The notes under the pieces were generated by a model. That model had not been told where the DNA came from and did no database searches. It worked only from the letters and a program-made list of their open reading frames with translations. A DNA stretch of 64,000 bases, taken from a virus. How positions within the stretch are numbered: position 1 is the stretch's first letter; each line of letters starts with the position of its first letter. Made by a program: the position numbers and the translations under genes. This document shows, piece by piece, positions 22,786-33,585 of this stretch. The DNA lies in IMG/VR virus record IMGVR_UViG_3300010430_002753, positions 1 through 64,000 of that record. One strand, 5' to 3'.

Positions 22786-22824
22786 TACAATATAATTATT
22801 ATTAAAATTTTGTCAACTAAAAAA
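22786..22824 (-). promoter_or_regulatory. sigma70-like early promoter
   Basis: TTTTTTAG-TTGACA-16-TATATT-GTA. Confidence 0.8.
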
Positions 22825-22828
22825 TAAA

Positions 22829-22862
22829 GAAATCCAATTATTTTTTAATTAAATTGGATTTC
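22829..22862 (-). terminator. intrinsic terminator abutting a promoter
   Basis: GAAATCCAATT/AATTGGATTTC stem plus T tract. Confidence 0.65.
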
Positions 22863-22874
22863 ACATAAATATTA

Positions 22875-25049
22875 TTAGAAATATTTTTTTACTTTTTGTG
22901 TTTTTAAAATAAGAGTATCACCTGTTTTTTCACTAGTATATAAGTAATTTCCTTTTTTATCAACTTCTAATCCTGTATACCAATCACCGGTTAATACTTT
23001 AGATACTTTACAAATAAATAATTTATTACGAATTAAAATTAATTCTTTTTTAATAGATTTTAATTTTTCATCTAATATTTCTTTATCTCTAACAACAGTA
23101 TCTAAATGCATTTTAATCATTTGATCAGCAGCGTTTAATTTTTTATTTCCATCTATTTTCTTTCTAACTGCATTAATTGAAGGAATACTTGCTACACCTT
23201 TTAAATCATATTCAATTTGTTTTGATTCATAAAAATCAATATCATTCTTTTCAGATTTATTATTTACTCCACCGTAATTAAAATTTTTATCTAAACCATG
23301 TTCTTTTAAAATTTCAATTTGTTCTTTTGAATATTCAGCTAATTTACCTTCTTGTAATAAAGATGAATCATTTTCAATTAATTCTTTAATAATGAATTTA
23401 ACTACCTTCTGTTCAGCTTCTTTCATTTTTTCATTTTTAACCATAGATAGAATTGTATCTAGATTATTACTATCTTTAATATATGTTTCGTTAATTACAG
23501 GTAATATATCTAAATTAATAATAAAACTATTACCTTGAGGTTCTAATAATGTTAAATTCCATTTTTCTTCTAAATCTGTTAATCTATCTAAAGTATTAAC
23601 ATCAATAATAGCTGGGAGTTTATTAATATTTAAGTTGCCATCTTTAATAATAGTATGATTTCTAAATATTTGAGAATTTACTTCATTTGGTAATCCCATA
23701 TTAATAGCATTTTCATTTAATTTAACTTTGCCTTCAACAACAAATCTAATAGACACATTCATATGTTTTTTATTATACACAAAATCACTAAATAAAGATC
23801 TTGATTCTTTTGTTTTTTCAAATAAATTACCACTATCAGTTGTTTTAACTCCAATACGTTTATAATCTTTTACAGGAATATAAAAATTATGTCCCTCTGA
23901 TAATATTTGTAATATATCCATAACACAAGGATGATTAGGGTCCGGTAAATAAGAAGAATCAACTTCTCCATCTTTATATCTATACTTAGGTTTAAACGCA
24001 CATCTTTTTAATTTTTTAATGAATTTTGAACTTTCATCATATGTAAATGCATTTCTAATTTCGTCAATTAAACCTTTATCTCCAGTATGATTTACTAATA
24101 AGTTTAAAGCTTCTTTTCTATTTCCAATATAATAATTTTCATATGATAATACATAACAAATATTTTTAAATGTTTTTTCATTTAAATTAGATACTTCTAA
24201 ATCTGCAGTATTATATTCTTCATCATTATATTTAAAATTAAAATCACCATCTCCAATAAAAACAAATTGATTTTTATTTTTATCAATAGCATTTAATTCT
24301 AATTTTTCTTTAACTAATTTAGATGAATTTCTAGTTAAATATAAAATATCAACATCTTTATCTGCAGTCATTACTATTTTTTCAACAACTAATTCATTAA
24401 TTTTTTCATAATTATGTTTAAATATTTCTGAATAATCTTTAATATTATCTGAATGTGTATAAATGCCAAATTGAGATAATTGAGACATTTGTGTTAACAT
24501 TTCTTTATCATAATAATAACCATAACCTATAGTATTAAATGATAAAATATTATTTGATAATGTAGTAATTTCATTAAGTACTCTTGTTCTTTCCTCAGTA
24601 GAACTCCATTTATCTGTTACTGTATAACCATCTGTAAACATTGTAATAGAAAAATTAGGACATAATGCTTTTAATTCAGAAACTATTTCAGATGCTTCTT
24701 TAATTGATTCTGAAAAACACGTTAATCCAATTGTTGATTTAATACCATCTAATAATTTAAATAAACCATTAGTATCTTTTTTAGCACCTTTAATTAAAGT
24801 TCTATATTGTCCAATACCAGAAAACCATATAATAGAAACGTAATCATTATCTCCCATACAATTAATTGTTTCTTTTACATTTTCAATTAATCCATTAATT
24901 TCTCTACTCATTGATAACGATCTATCAATAATATGAATATGATGAATTTCACTAATTGCTACTGATTTTTTTTCAACTTCTTTTTGATTCTGATTAATTA
25001 CTACTAAAGTTTTTTCTACTCCGTTAATAACTATTTTGTTTTTCTTCAT
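22875..25049 (-). CDS. large vWA-domain protein
   Basis: IIDRSLSM (MIDAS), GLTCF, MFTDG in the N-terminal ~220 aa. Confidence 0.8.
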   Translation of the reverse strand: MKKNKIVINGVEKTLVVINQNQKEVEKKSVAISEIHHIHIIDRSLSMSREINGLIENVKETINCMGDNDYVSIIWFSGIGQYRTLIKGAKKDTNGLFKLLDGIKSTIGLTCFSESIKEASEIVSELKALCPNFSITMFTDGYTVTDKWSSTEERTRVLNEITTLSNNILSFNTIGYGYYYDKEMLTQMSQLSQFGIYTHSDNIKDYSEIFKHNYEKINELVVEKIVMTADKDVDILYLTRNSSKLVKEKLELNAIDKNKNQFVFIGDGDFNFKYNDEEYNTADLEVSNLNEKTFKNICYVLSYENYYIGNRKEALNLLVNHTGDKGLIDEIRNAFTYDESSKFIKKLKRCAFKPKYRYKDGEVDSSYLPDPNHPCVMDILQILSEGHNFYIPVKDYKRIGVKTTDSGNLFEKTKESRSLFSDFVYNKKHMNVSIRFVVEGKVKLNENAINMGLPNEVNSQIFRNHTIIKDGNLNINKLPAIIDVNTLDRLTDLEEKWNLTLLEPQGNSFIINLDILPVINETYIKDSNNLDTILSMVKNEKMKEAEQKVVKFIIKELIENDSSLLQEGKLAEYSKEQIEILKEHGLDKNFNYGGVNNKSEKNDIDFYESKQIEYDLKGVASIPSINAVRKKIDGNKKLNAADQMIKMHLDTVVRDKEILDEKLKSIKKELILIRNKLFICKVSKVLTGDWYTGLEVDKKGNYLYTSEKTGDTLILKTQKVKKYF

Positions 25050-25365
25050 TATAACCTTCTCCTTTATTTATTAATTTATATTTGATTTAATATTTTTTCT
25101 TTATCTTTTTTTAATTTCATTATTTCAGAATCTATTAATGTTATTTTTTTATTTATTACTAATTCTTTAGATAACATAAATCTACAATTTCCAATTTTTA
25201 CACTATGTTTTCTTATCAAATTACCATTATATAGATTTCTAAGATCTTTTAAATATTTTTTATTTTCAACAACATAATAAGAAACTCTTCTATTTTCGTT
25301 AACATCAATTTCTTTTACATTATTGTATATATCTATATAATAAAGTTTCATAATAACCTTCTCCT

Positions 25366-25893
25366 TTATTTGTTTAAAAAATAAATTGCTTCTGCGGCAA
25401 TAGTTCTAGTTAATCCAACGTAATTATCACACCTAAAAAAATTATTACGTTGATGATATAGCATATCACAATCATCATCTAATATAATATATTTATGAAA
25501 ATGCGATTCGTATTCATAATTTAATAATTTTTTATTATACTCAATCCAACATTGAATTTCACATCCTCTGGGTATAGTATATCCACTACCTGATTTAACT
25601 TCATTGCCAATAAATAAAGATGGTGTTTTATCAATTATGTTTTTTGGATATTTAAACCCTTTTTTAACTAAATATCCTGCTATTTCTTCTACAGATTTAC
25701 CTTTTCTCCAAGTAGAAGAAATAACTATTTTTGCTTCTGTTTTTTCTATTAAATAATTTAACCATTTTATATTTGAAGAACACAAATGGCATAAAGGATA
25801 TCCATCTCTTTCATAACGATCTTCTTCAGATTTTAATATAAAATGTATTTCATTATTTAATACTCCATCAATATCTAAAAAAATTATTTTCAA
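25366..25893 (-). CDS. HAD-domain phosphatase (Swiss Army Knife RNA-repair type)
   Basis: IIFLDIDGVLN, IVISSTWR, RGCEI, YIILDDDCD. Confidence 0.8.
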   Translation of the reverse strand: MKIIFLDIDGVLNNEIHFILKSEEDRYERDGYPLCHLCSSNIKWLNYLIEKTEAKIVISSTWRKGKSVEEIAGYLVKKGFKYPKNIIDKTPSLFIGNEVKSGSGYTIPRGCEIQCWIEYNKKLLNYEYESHFHKYIILDDDCDMLYHQRNNFFRCDNYVGLTRTIAAEAIYFLNK

Positions 25894-25913
25894 TTTAATA
25901 CTCTCCTTTTATT

Positions 25914-26886
25914 TTAATTAAAAATTTGAATAATATCTTTAGTTATAAATCCACTATATACACTTACTAATATTCCTACTGTAATTATAGATATTTTATG
26001 TTTATGCATAAGTTCTCTTATTAATACTATAGTGCCATATCCAACTAATAATATATTATAAGTTAATGATAAATAAACATATGGAATACTAGTTGTGTAT
26101 TTAAATACAACTAATGTAATAAATAAACCAAATATTATTGGCGCAAGCGTTTTGCCTAATTTTGTATATTCTTTATTTTTTATAAACATAATGAATCTCT
26201 CCTTTTTTAATCAAAAATTTAATATCAAAATAAACATATTTGATAACGAAAATATTAATATACCAGCAGTAATTATTAATCTTATTGTATATTTTAATAT
26301 ACTAAAATAAATTAAACTAAATATTGAAAATATAACAATAAATATATAATACAGTAAATTTGTTATATAAAAACTTTCTGTAATATTATATTTTATAATA
26401 TTAATTAATATTAATACAGCAATTACTATATACATATTATATTTATAAAAATATTTACAAAATTTTTCTTTATTCATAATAACCTCTCTTTTTTAATATA
26501 AATTATTCAACCCAAATAAATTTTTGTCCTTTATTTTTAGTATTAAATACAATAATATCTCCAAGATCATATAATTCATCTAGATAATCATTAAATAATG
26601 ATACGTAATCTCCATTATAATCGTATTCATGCCATGTATCTTTTGGTATTGTTCCATCCATTAATTCATGAACAAAATTAAAATCATCAATTAGTTTTTC
26701 TAGTTTATCTTGTAAATCGTCAATTTCATCTTCTTTTAATCTTCCATGATTCATAACAACGCCTGAAATATTACTATTAATTTTTTCTAATTGAACTTTA
26801 ATTCTACTAATTAATCTGCTTGTTCCTGAATAAGACGGCGCAGATTCTAATAGATTTTTAAATTTAATTTTGTATCTCCAAACCAT
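25914..26886 (-). other. two membrane CDSs (25914-26189, 26211-26477) and a hypothetical CDS (26503-26886)
   Basis: Three hydrophobic segments in each membrane ORF; purine-rich RBSs. Confidence 0.6.
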
Positions 26887-26914
26887 AATAACCTCTTTAT
26901 ATTTTATTTATAAA

Positions 26915-26954
26915 TACAACATAAATAATTCAATAAGATATGTCAACTAAAAAA
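26915..26954 (-). promoter_or_regulatory. sigma70-like early promoter
   Basis: TTTTTTAG-TTGACA-17-TATGTT-GTA. Confidence 0.8.
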
Positions 26955-27275
26955 TTATTTTTTATTTAATAATTTTAAATTTCTTTCTATATTTCTAAAT
27001 TTAATTACTTTTGGATGTTTATCAAATTCTTCTTTTATATAATTTATTCCATCTATAAAATAATATTTTATACCAATATAATTCTGTATTCTAAGTTCTT
27101 CTGTAATTGGAATATCGAACGGTGTATTTATTAATGCAGGCCCACTTAAATTATGTAAATGTTCTATAAAGATTGCTTGGATATCTTCATCATTATATAC
27201 ATAATCTATAAGTTCTTTGTCTGTTTTAAATTCATATTTAATTCCATAAAAATATGCAATAATATTTGTATTCAT
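26955..27275 (-). CDS. divergent HNLxGPA protein with C-terminal tag
   Basis: HNLSGPA; ends NIERNLKLLNKK. Confidence 0.8.
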   Translation of the reverse strand: MNTNIIAYFYGIKYEFKTDKELIDYVYNDEDIQAIFIEHLHNLSGPALINTPFDIPITEELRIQNYIGIKYYFIDGINYIKEEFDKHPKVIKFRNIERNLKLLNKK

Positions 27276-27582
27276 TATACGGTAGTAATTTCACCTGTAA
27301 TAGAATTAATAGATATATTTTCACCATATTTTTTTCTTAAATCTATATTTATGAATTCATCAAGTTCTTTTTTAATTTTTGTAACTTCTTTAGATACTAC
27401 AATTTTTTGTTCTTTTAAAGTTTCTAATTGATGTGTAATTTCACCTAATACTATTATAGTATTGTAATAATTTTTATTATATTCTTTAATCTTATTTAAT
27501 TCTTCTACTGTCAATTTATTATTACTTTCTTTTTCATTATTTCCAATTACTGACATATTATTCTCCATTATTTTTAATTTAT

Positions 27583-27614
27583 ATTATACATTACATAATT
27601 TTATTTGTCAACTA
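27583..27614 (-). promoter_or_regulatory. sigma70-like promoter overlapping a TAG stop
   Basis: TAG-TTGACA-17-TATAAT. Confidence 0.75.
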
Positions 27615-27896
27615 TTCTTTATTCAATAAATATAAATTTCTTTGTATATTAAACTCTTTTTCTGATAATTCTTTACCTTTAATAAAATAGTAATTCTCTC
27701 CTTCACAGTCTCCAGTGTGATGTATTATTGCAGGACCTTTTAGATTATGTAAATGGTCTTTTTGACTATTTAGATATCCTTCATTACTTAATTGATGATG
27801 AGTCCAATTTTGTGATGATGTATATGAATACCATTCATAGCTATTTTTAAAATTATGTTCAATTCCTTCATAAAATACTGTTACTTTGCCTATCAT
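27612..27896 (-). CDS. divergent HNLxGPA protein with C-terminal tag
   Basis: HNLKGPA; ends NIQRNLYLLNKE. Confidence 0.8.
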   Translation of the reverse strand: MIGKVTVFYEGIEHNFKNSYEWYSYTSSQNWTHHQLSNEGYLNSQKDHLHNLKGPAIIHHTGDCEGENYYFIKGKELSEKEFNIQRNLYLLNKE

Positions 27897-27900
27897 AATA

Positions 27901-28701
27901 TTATTCGTAATCTTTATTATTAACTAAATTATTAATAATTGTATGATCTTTTTGAAATATAACACCTTCTATAAATGTCCATTCATTATCTGATTTAATG
28001 CAAGTATTTCCATTCTTCCATTTATCTTCTAATTTTGCCCAATTATGACCTTTTTGAAAACACATTTCATGCATATCTTTTTGATTTTTACCATGTAATT
28101 CTTTATGCGAATATAACGATTGAGCTAACATTTGCATTGAATTTCTTATCCAGTCCTGCTGGCGCCAGACGAAATTATTACATACCTCTTCTCTAGGAAT
28201 ATTAAATGATCTACAATCAAATACTGCTAGTCTATTGTTTTCTATATATTTTATAATATCCTTATCAATATCAACTGATGGATATTCTCCAAAACTTAAT
28301 CCAAAATACTGCGTTCTGCTTTTTTCTTTAAAATATTCTAATAACATAAATTTATTAAACTCAGCAGAGGCTATACTTGGAGCAACACTACACATTTTTT
28401 GAACGTTATAATTAAACCAAGCATCTGTTGTTAATTTATCATAATCAGTTAATAGAATTGTAATCTCATCTGATTGAGTATAAGCTAATTTAGCACCTTG
28501 AATTTGTTCACATAATTTTTTAGTTGTATGTCTCATAGCTTCATTCATTAATTCCGAAAATGGTTTTTCGAAACTTTTAGTAAACGTGTGAAACGCCTTT
28601 CCGTCCAATCTAAGTATTACTGGAGTTCTTCTAGTTAAAAATGTTCTAGATCTAACTTCATAATTATTTTTCATTCTATCACCAAGTGATGTTTTATCCA
28701 T
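27901..28701 (-). CDS. thg1: tRNA-His guanylyltransferase Thg1-like 3'-5' polymerase
   Basis: LGDRMK, RLDGKAFHTFT, YTQSDEI, FDCR, WRQQDWIRNS. Confidence 0.92.
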   Translation of the reverse strand: MDKTSLGDRMKNNYEVRSRTFLTRRTPVILRLDGKAFHTFTKSFEKPFSELMNEAMRHTTKKLCEQIQGAKLAYTQSDEITILLTDYDKLTTDAWFNYNVQKMCSVAPSIASAEFNKFMLLEYFKEKSRTQYFGLSFGEYPSVDIDKDIIKYIENNRLAVFDCRSFNIPREEVCNNFVWRQQDWIRNSMQMLAQSLYSHKELHGKNQKDMHEMCFQKGHNWAKLEDKWKNGNTCIKSDNEWTFIEGVIFQKDHTIINNLVNNKDYE

Positions 28702-29251
28702 TATTAATTCTCCTCTAATTCTTCTACTAATTCATGCAATATTCTAACTTCCATTAATTCATAACCATATTTATTAGCAAAATCTTTTATAAACTTAGGT
28801 GCATTTTGTATAGTGTTACTAAATATAAACGCCATTGATAAATTAACAGTTTGCATAGTTGGATTTATATTATCAATATTAAAACTAATAAATTGATCTT
28901 GATTTTCAACATATAGATAACTGTAATTTCTACAAGTATCAGTTTCAGACTTTTTAGCTAAAACTAATCCACGGTTTCTACTACCATGATTAAATACATT
29001 CATAATGTACTCCTTTTATTTATTAATTTTAGCTATAATAAAAATCATAACCTTTCTTTCTAAAACTAGCAAGATACCAAAATTTTTCCCACCATTCTTT
29101 TCCTTCTAAGTGTGCAAGTTTTTCATTTTCGTTTACTGAATGAGATGTATATTTTGTTATTTCTAACATGCCAGTAAATACAGATTTTTCAGAAATTTTA
29201 ACATAACAATATTTTTCTGCTATTTCTTTTTTTCTATTTCGTTTTTCTTTC

Positions 29252-29566
29252 TTATTTTTTTTCCAAAACACAATTACTCCCCTTATTTAATAACCTTAAA
29301 TTTCTTTTTATATTAAAATCTTTTTCTGGTATACATTTTCCATTTATATAATATGATTTATAATTATCATATTTATCACTATTTGTCCATTTTATTGCTG
29401 GTCCATTTATATTGTGAAGAAAATCTGAGTGTTTATTATTGCCGTTTTCAAATTTATTATCTTTAATAACTTCATCCCATTTAGAAATAACATCTTCATC
29501 GTTATCACCAAAAAATATATACTTTGTTCCATTATACCAAACTTCAACTGATACTATCTTATTCAT
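29252..29566 (-). CDS. divergent HNxxGPA protein with tag plus a short extension
   Basis: HNINGPA; NIKRNLRLLNK-GSNCVLEKK overlapping the next gene. Confidence 0.75.
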   Translation of the reverse strand: MNKIVSVEVWYNGTKYIFFGDNDEDVISKWDEVIKDNKFENGNNKHSDFLHNINGPAIKWTNSDKYDNYKSYYINGKCIPEKDFNIKRNLRLLNKGSNCVLEKK

Positions 29567-29569
29567 GAT

Positions 29570-30178
29570 TTATAAGTTAGAAAAAACATCATCTGGAATA
29601 TCATACATAGATTTAGGTTCGTTGTTTTTAGTATTTTCTACAATAGTATCAATATTATTATTTATCTCATCTCTAGTCATGTCTTTGATATTTGGATTTG
29701 CTTTAAACATTTTTTTCTTTAATTCATTATTAGAAGAATATCCAATTCCACTTCTTACTTTATTTATAATAAAATTTATATCTTTATCACCATGTAATAA
29801 TTTATTAGTGACAAACGCATTTAAAGCATATAAACTTTCTTCAGCTATAAAAGTATTTGTCTTTTGACCACCAACTGCAATTTTATATTCTTTATGAATA
29901 TTAATAGCATTCTTTCTAGATTCTGATTCTATACCAGCTAAATGTGATTTAGCTATTTCAAAAATATCTGTATTTTCTATTAGTAATTTTGCCATTTTAA
30001 ATGCATTAATAATTTTTTCACCTGAAATACTACATCTAGTTCCTTCAGATAAATCTACAAATTTATTAGCCTTCTGATTAATTGGTATATAAGAATAAAT
30101 TAAATGTTTTACAAAACCTTTCTTTTTTGGATCTTTCCACATACTCTCTAATTTTTCAATAATTTTTTCTTTTTCCAT
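29570..30178 (-). CDS. hypothetical protein
   Basis: ORF after a promoter and AAGGTGG RBS. Confidence 0.65.
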   Translation of the reverse strand: MEKEKIIEKLESMWKDPKKKGFVKHLIYSYIPINQKANKFVDLSEGTRCSISGEKIINAFKMAKLLIENTDIFEIAKSHLAGIESESRKNAINIHKEYKIAVGGQKTNTFIAEESLYALNAFVTNKLLHGDKDINFIINKVRSGIGYSSNNELKKKMFKANPNIKDMTRDEINNNIDTIVENTKNNEPKSMYDIPDDVFSNL

Positions 30179-30208
30179 AATAACCACCTTTATTTTTTAT
30201 TTGTAAAT

Positions 30209-30246
30209 ATAATAATATATGTTACAATTTGTGTCAACTAAAAAAA
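30209..30246 (-). promoter_or_regulatory. sigma70-like promoter
   Basis: TTTTTTTAG-TTGACA-17-TATTAT. Confidence 0.7.
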
Positions 30247-30656
30247 TTATCCAATGTTACTCTACCATTTTCTGAAATAAATAATCTAATATTAAATAAA
30301 CCACATCCATTACTTCCACCACCAAAATGTGTGTATGAATTATGTAAATCTATTGTTACAACAAATCTAAAATTATCAGTATCTTTAATTGTTTCTTTTG
30401 ATAACCAACTTCCAAAGCTTTCAATTCTTAATGTTTTAAATATAACAGGCATTGTTTGAAAATATTCAGATTCTACTATAAATCTTAATTTTCCATATCT
30501 ATCATATTCAACTTCAATTCTTGCAATTTTACAAGTATATGATCTTTTTAAAAGTTCTGTTTCAATAATTTCTTTAATTTGATATTTTACATCTTCTAAA
30601 TCAATTCTTGATAAATCTTTCATAACAACTTTACTTGTAATAATTTCTTGTTTCAT
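30234..30656 (-). CDS. hypothetical protein
   Basis: ORF with GAGG RBS; YTHFGGGSNG motif. Confidence 0.65.
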   Translation of the reverse strand: MKQEIITSKVVMKDLSRIDLEDVKYQIKEIIETELLKRSYTCKIARIEVEYDRYGKLRFIVESEYFQTMPVIFKTLRIESFGSWLSKETIKDTDNFRFVVTIDLHNSYTHFGGGSNGCGLFNIRLFISENGRVTLDNFFS

Positions 30657-30687
30657 AATAACCTCTCTTATATTTTTTATTTATAAA

Positions 30688-30727
30688 TACAATATAATAT
30701 CTATTAAAATATTTGTCAACTAAAAAA
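30688..30727 (-). promoter_or_regulatory. sigma70-like early promoter
   Basis: TTTTTTAG-TTGACA-17-TATATT-GTA. Confidence 0.85.
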
Positions 30728-30758
30728 TAAAAAAAGATCTATTTTTTATAATAGATCT
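30728..30758 (-). terminator. intrinsic terminator ending the structural module
   Basis: AGATCTATT/AATAGATCT stem plus T tract. Confidence 0.7.
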
Positions 30759-30790
30759 CTTGTAAATTTATTTTAATACGTATTAATTAG

Positions 30791-32224
30791 TTATTGTTGA
30801 ACACCTCTTTTTATAGATAATTTTCTAAATTTATCCCCTGCATCCATATCTAAAACGGCAAAGTTTGATTCTGTATAAGTATTATCAGTAATAGGATTAG
30901 TTCCAGATCCTCCAGTTGTATCAACTAAAGTCCAATCAAGAAAATTAGAATCAGTTGGTGATTTTATCCATACTGCAAATGTTCCAACAGGATAAACTCT
31001 GCTTATTCTAAGATTACTAATTTCAAAATTACCACTATCATTTAAATATGAAAATGCCAATACAGAAGGATTAGTACTAGCCGCAGTTAGTATTATATTA
31101 TTTCTACCTACTATAGTTGTTTGGGAATTACTTAGTGTTGTGGAATCAAGAGTACTTCTAAATCTAACAATTGGTAAACTTCCTTCAATAAGATTAAGAT
31201 CGAATTCAATCAAATAAGACTCTGTATTAACTATATTAATTTCTTTGACAGTACCTGCATTATAGTTATCATTACCGATAGCAGATGCACTAAATCCGTA
31301 AGAGCCATTACTTGTAAAGGTTGAATAAGCTGTCGTTGTTCCATTTTCTAAATCACTTGTTTGTAAAGTATCTATCTCTTTAAACACTCCACTACTAGCA
31401 AGTCTTTGTATCTTGAGATCATACCAAGTGTTGTTGAGTAAGTACGAAGTAGCCGTTAGAAATAACACAACAGCACTTCCATTGGTTTTATTGAGTAATC
31501 CCAATTGATTAACAGAATTAGTTGCCAAAATATACCCATTAGTATTTACTCTATTATTAACATCCGATATAAAATCAATATTAATTGTATCGATTAAATT
31601 TAAATCAAACTTCCACTCACCATAAGCATGTTTAGAAGGTAAACTAGTTATACCATCACTCACTTGTTCTATATATTTAGAACCTTCTGGGATTTCTTGT
31701 GGTTCTATATTAACAATATTCTTTATGTATATAATATCATCACTAGAGTCATTGGCGCCAGTAAATACACCACTACCAACTTTTGTCATTTCAAATCTAA
31801 CATTAGCTGCAGTAAATCTTGACATATATAATAATCTATGAGTTGTCCAAGATCCTACTATATTTCCTTCAACACTACCCTCTAATTCGTCAATTGATTC
31901 TATAGCATTTCCTAATTCAAAACCGTCAACATTAGTATTTTCAGATGGAATATAGTAGTCAAAAGTTAATAAATATTTTTTACCATTCTCAGAACCTAGA
32001 CTTCTTTGTATATAGTGTGTTCCAAGATCATTACTAGCGTAATATTTTAATACATTATCTTTACTTGTATTACCGTCACTTATATTGTCGTTATTACCAG
32101 TTACTGTGGATCTGACATTTGAAAATCCATCTACATTAGAACTGAAGTTAGATGAATATCTTATTTCTGTTCTATCTTGTTCACCTATCTTTACTGTTCC
32201 TGTTTCTACAGAGAATTGTGCCAT
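30791..32224 (-). CDS. putative virion fibre/carbohydrate-binding beta-sandwich protein
   Basis: G/S/T/N-rich; CBM-like LENGKKYLLTFDYY-type strands. Confidence 0.55.
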   Translation of the reverse strand: MAQFSVETGTVKIGEQDRTEIRYSSNFSSNVDGFSNVRSTVTGNNDNISDGNTSKDNVLKYYASNDLGTHYIQRSLGSENGKKYLLTFDYYIPSENTNVDGFELGNAIESIDELEGSVEGNIVGSWTTHRLLYMSRFTAANVRFEMTKVGSGVFTGANDSSDDIIYIKNIVNIEPQEIPEGSKYIEQVSDGITSLPSKHAYGEWKFDLNLIDTINIDFISDVNNRVNTNGYILATNSVNQLGLLNKTNGSAVVLFLTATSYLLNNTWYDLKIQRLASSGVFKEIDTLQTSDLENGTTTAYSTFTSNGSYGFSASAIGNDNYNAGTVKEINIVNTESYLIEFDLNLIEGSLPIVRFRSTLDSTTLSNSQTTIVGRNNIILTAASTNPSVLAFSYLNDSGNFEISNLRISRVYPVGTFAVWIKSPTDSNFLDWTLVDTTGGSGTNPITDNTYTESNFAVLDMDAGDKFRKLSIKRGVQQ

Positions 32225-32274
32225 ATTTATTCCTCATTTATTTATTATAATTAAATATTATAGTTTTGTATCTT

Positions 32275-33561
32275 TTAGTATTCAAACACTTCACCAGCAG
32301 TATATTCTTTGCCGTCTGCTGATCCATTTGTTCCATCTGTTGTTAATAATGTTTGTTTTGCATATTTATTATAATCAGCTTTATGTTGTTCTAAGGTTCT
32401 TGTATAATTATAACATTTAGCAAACTTAATATTGCCATTTAATCCGAAATTACTAAGACCCGCAATTTGTTCAATACCAACATTAGCAGTTCCTCCAACG
32501 TCAACACTTTCTATCTCTTGTCCATTTACTCTTAGTGTCCAAGTTGTATCAATAAGAACAGTTTCAATTAGGTAGTCAACACCTATTTGAAAATCATAAT
32601 CAATAGTTGCTACACTTGAAAGAGCACCTTCAATATTAATAGCAGCCAAATCACTTTTTATTCTAATATAATTAGTACTTGTACTTCTACCAAATAAGTT
32701 GTGAGGATTCCCTGTTGCTCCTTTTAAATTGACTAAAGCAACTGCACTTTTAACAGTTAATAGTCTTGAAGGTAGTGTAATAGTATCTGTTCCAGCATTT
32801 AAACTTGCTCCACCATTACCAAAATCTACTCCAATAGATGTTCCATCATTGTTATTATTAGTAGCATCGATAGCATTACCATTTTCGTAATTATGGAATA
32901 AAATTAAACCAGAGTCATATTCTACAGGTTTGTGTTCAACTTTCATATCATAATTAGAAGGAGATACTATATCAGTAGAGTTTAAAAATTCATTATATAA
33001 TTTATTTCTTTCTTGTGCATCTAATATTTTATCGTATACTCTTACTAATGGGATATAAGATTTAGTTTCAAAACTAATAGAATTAATGTCGGTATCATCG
33101 ATCAATGGATTACTTGCTACTGTTAGCTCTTGAGTATCTTGCCACATTCTTATAACTCTATTATCGCTTTCGATGATATACATATGATATATTGAATTAT
33201 AACTGTCCACTGTTGCAAGAGCAGTATCACCATTAGTATTACTTTCAATCTGAAGTGCTCCTGTAGTAGATATTGTTAAAAATGATAAATTAGTTGTCGT
33301 ATCTTTATTTAAAAGTAAAAATGATTCTACTCCCAATATTCCATTGTTTTTGGCAAATATAACTATTGTTCTTGCTTCATTTGCAGGTGATAAATTAACA
33401 GATGTAGGAAAGTTTAATGTAGAAGTATCAATGAATTTAGCGGCTCTTCCTTTTCTTGATTTCTTGATCTCAACATCAGTTAATGTTGGTAAAGTTCCAG
33501 TTATTTTTTCTCTGGTGGATCCATCTCGTGTATCGAAATTAAATATTAAATTATTTCTCAT
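32275..33561 (-). CDS. LamG/concanavalin A-like domain protein (fibre/decoration)
   Basis: VRVYDKILDAQERNKLY and NGNIKFAKCYNYTRT, typical LamG C-terminal strands. Confidence 0.7.
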   Translation of the reverse strand: MRNNLIFNFDTRDGSTREKITGTLPTLTDVEIKKSRKGRAAKFIDTSTLNFPTSVNLSPANEARTIVIFAKNNGILGVESFLLLNKDTTTNLSFLTISTTGALQIESNTNGDTALATVDSYNSIYHMYIIESDNRVIRMWQDTQELTVASNPLIDDTDINSISFETKSYIPLVRVYDKILDAQERNKLYNEFLNSTDIVSPSNYDMKVEHKPVEYDSGLILFHNYENGNAIDATNNNNDGTSIGVDFGNGGASLNAGTDTITLPSRLLTVKSAVALVNLKGATGNPHNLFGRSTSTNYIRIKSDLAAINIEGALSSVATIDYDFQIGVDYLIETVLIDTTWTLRVNGQEIESVDVGGTANVGIEQIAGLSNFGLNGNIKFAKCYNYTRTLEQHKADYNKYAKQTLLTTDGTNGSADGKEYTAGEVFEY

Positions 33562-33585
33562 ATTTATTACCTCTATTATACATTA

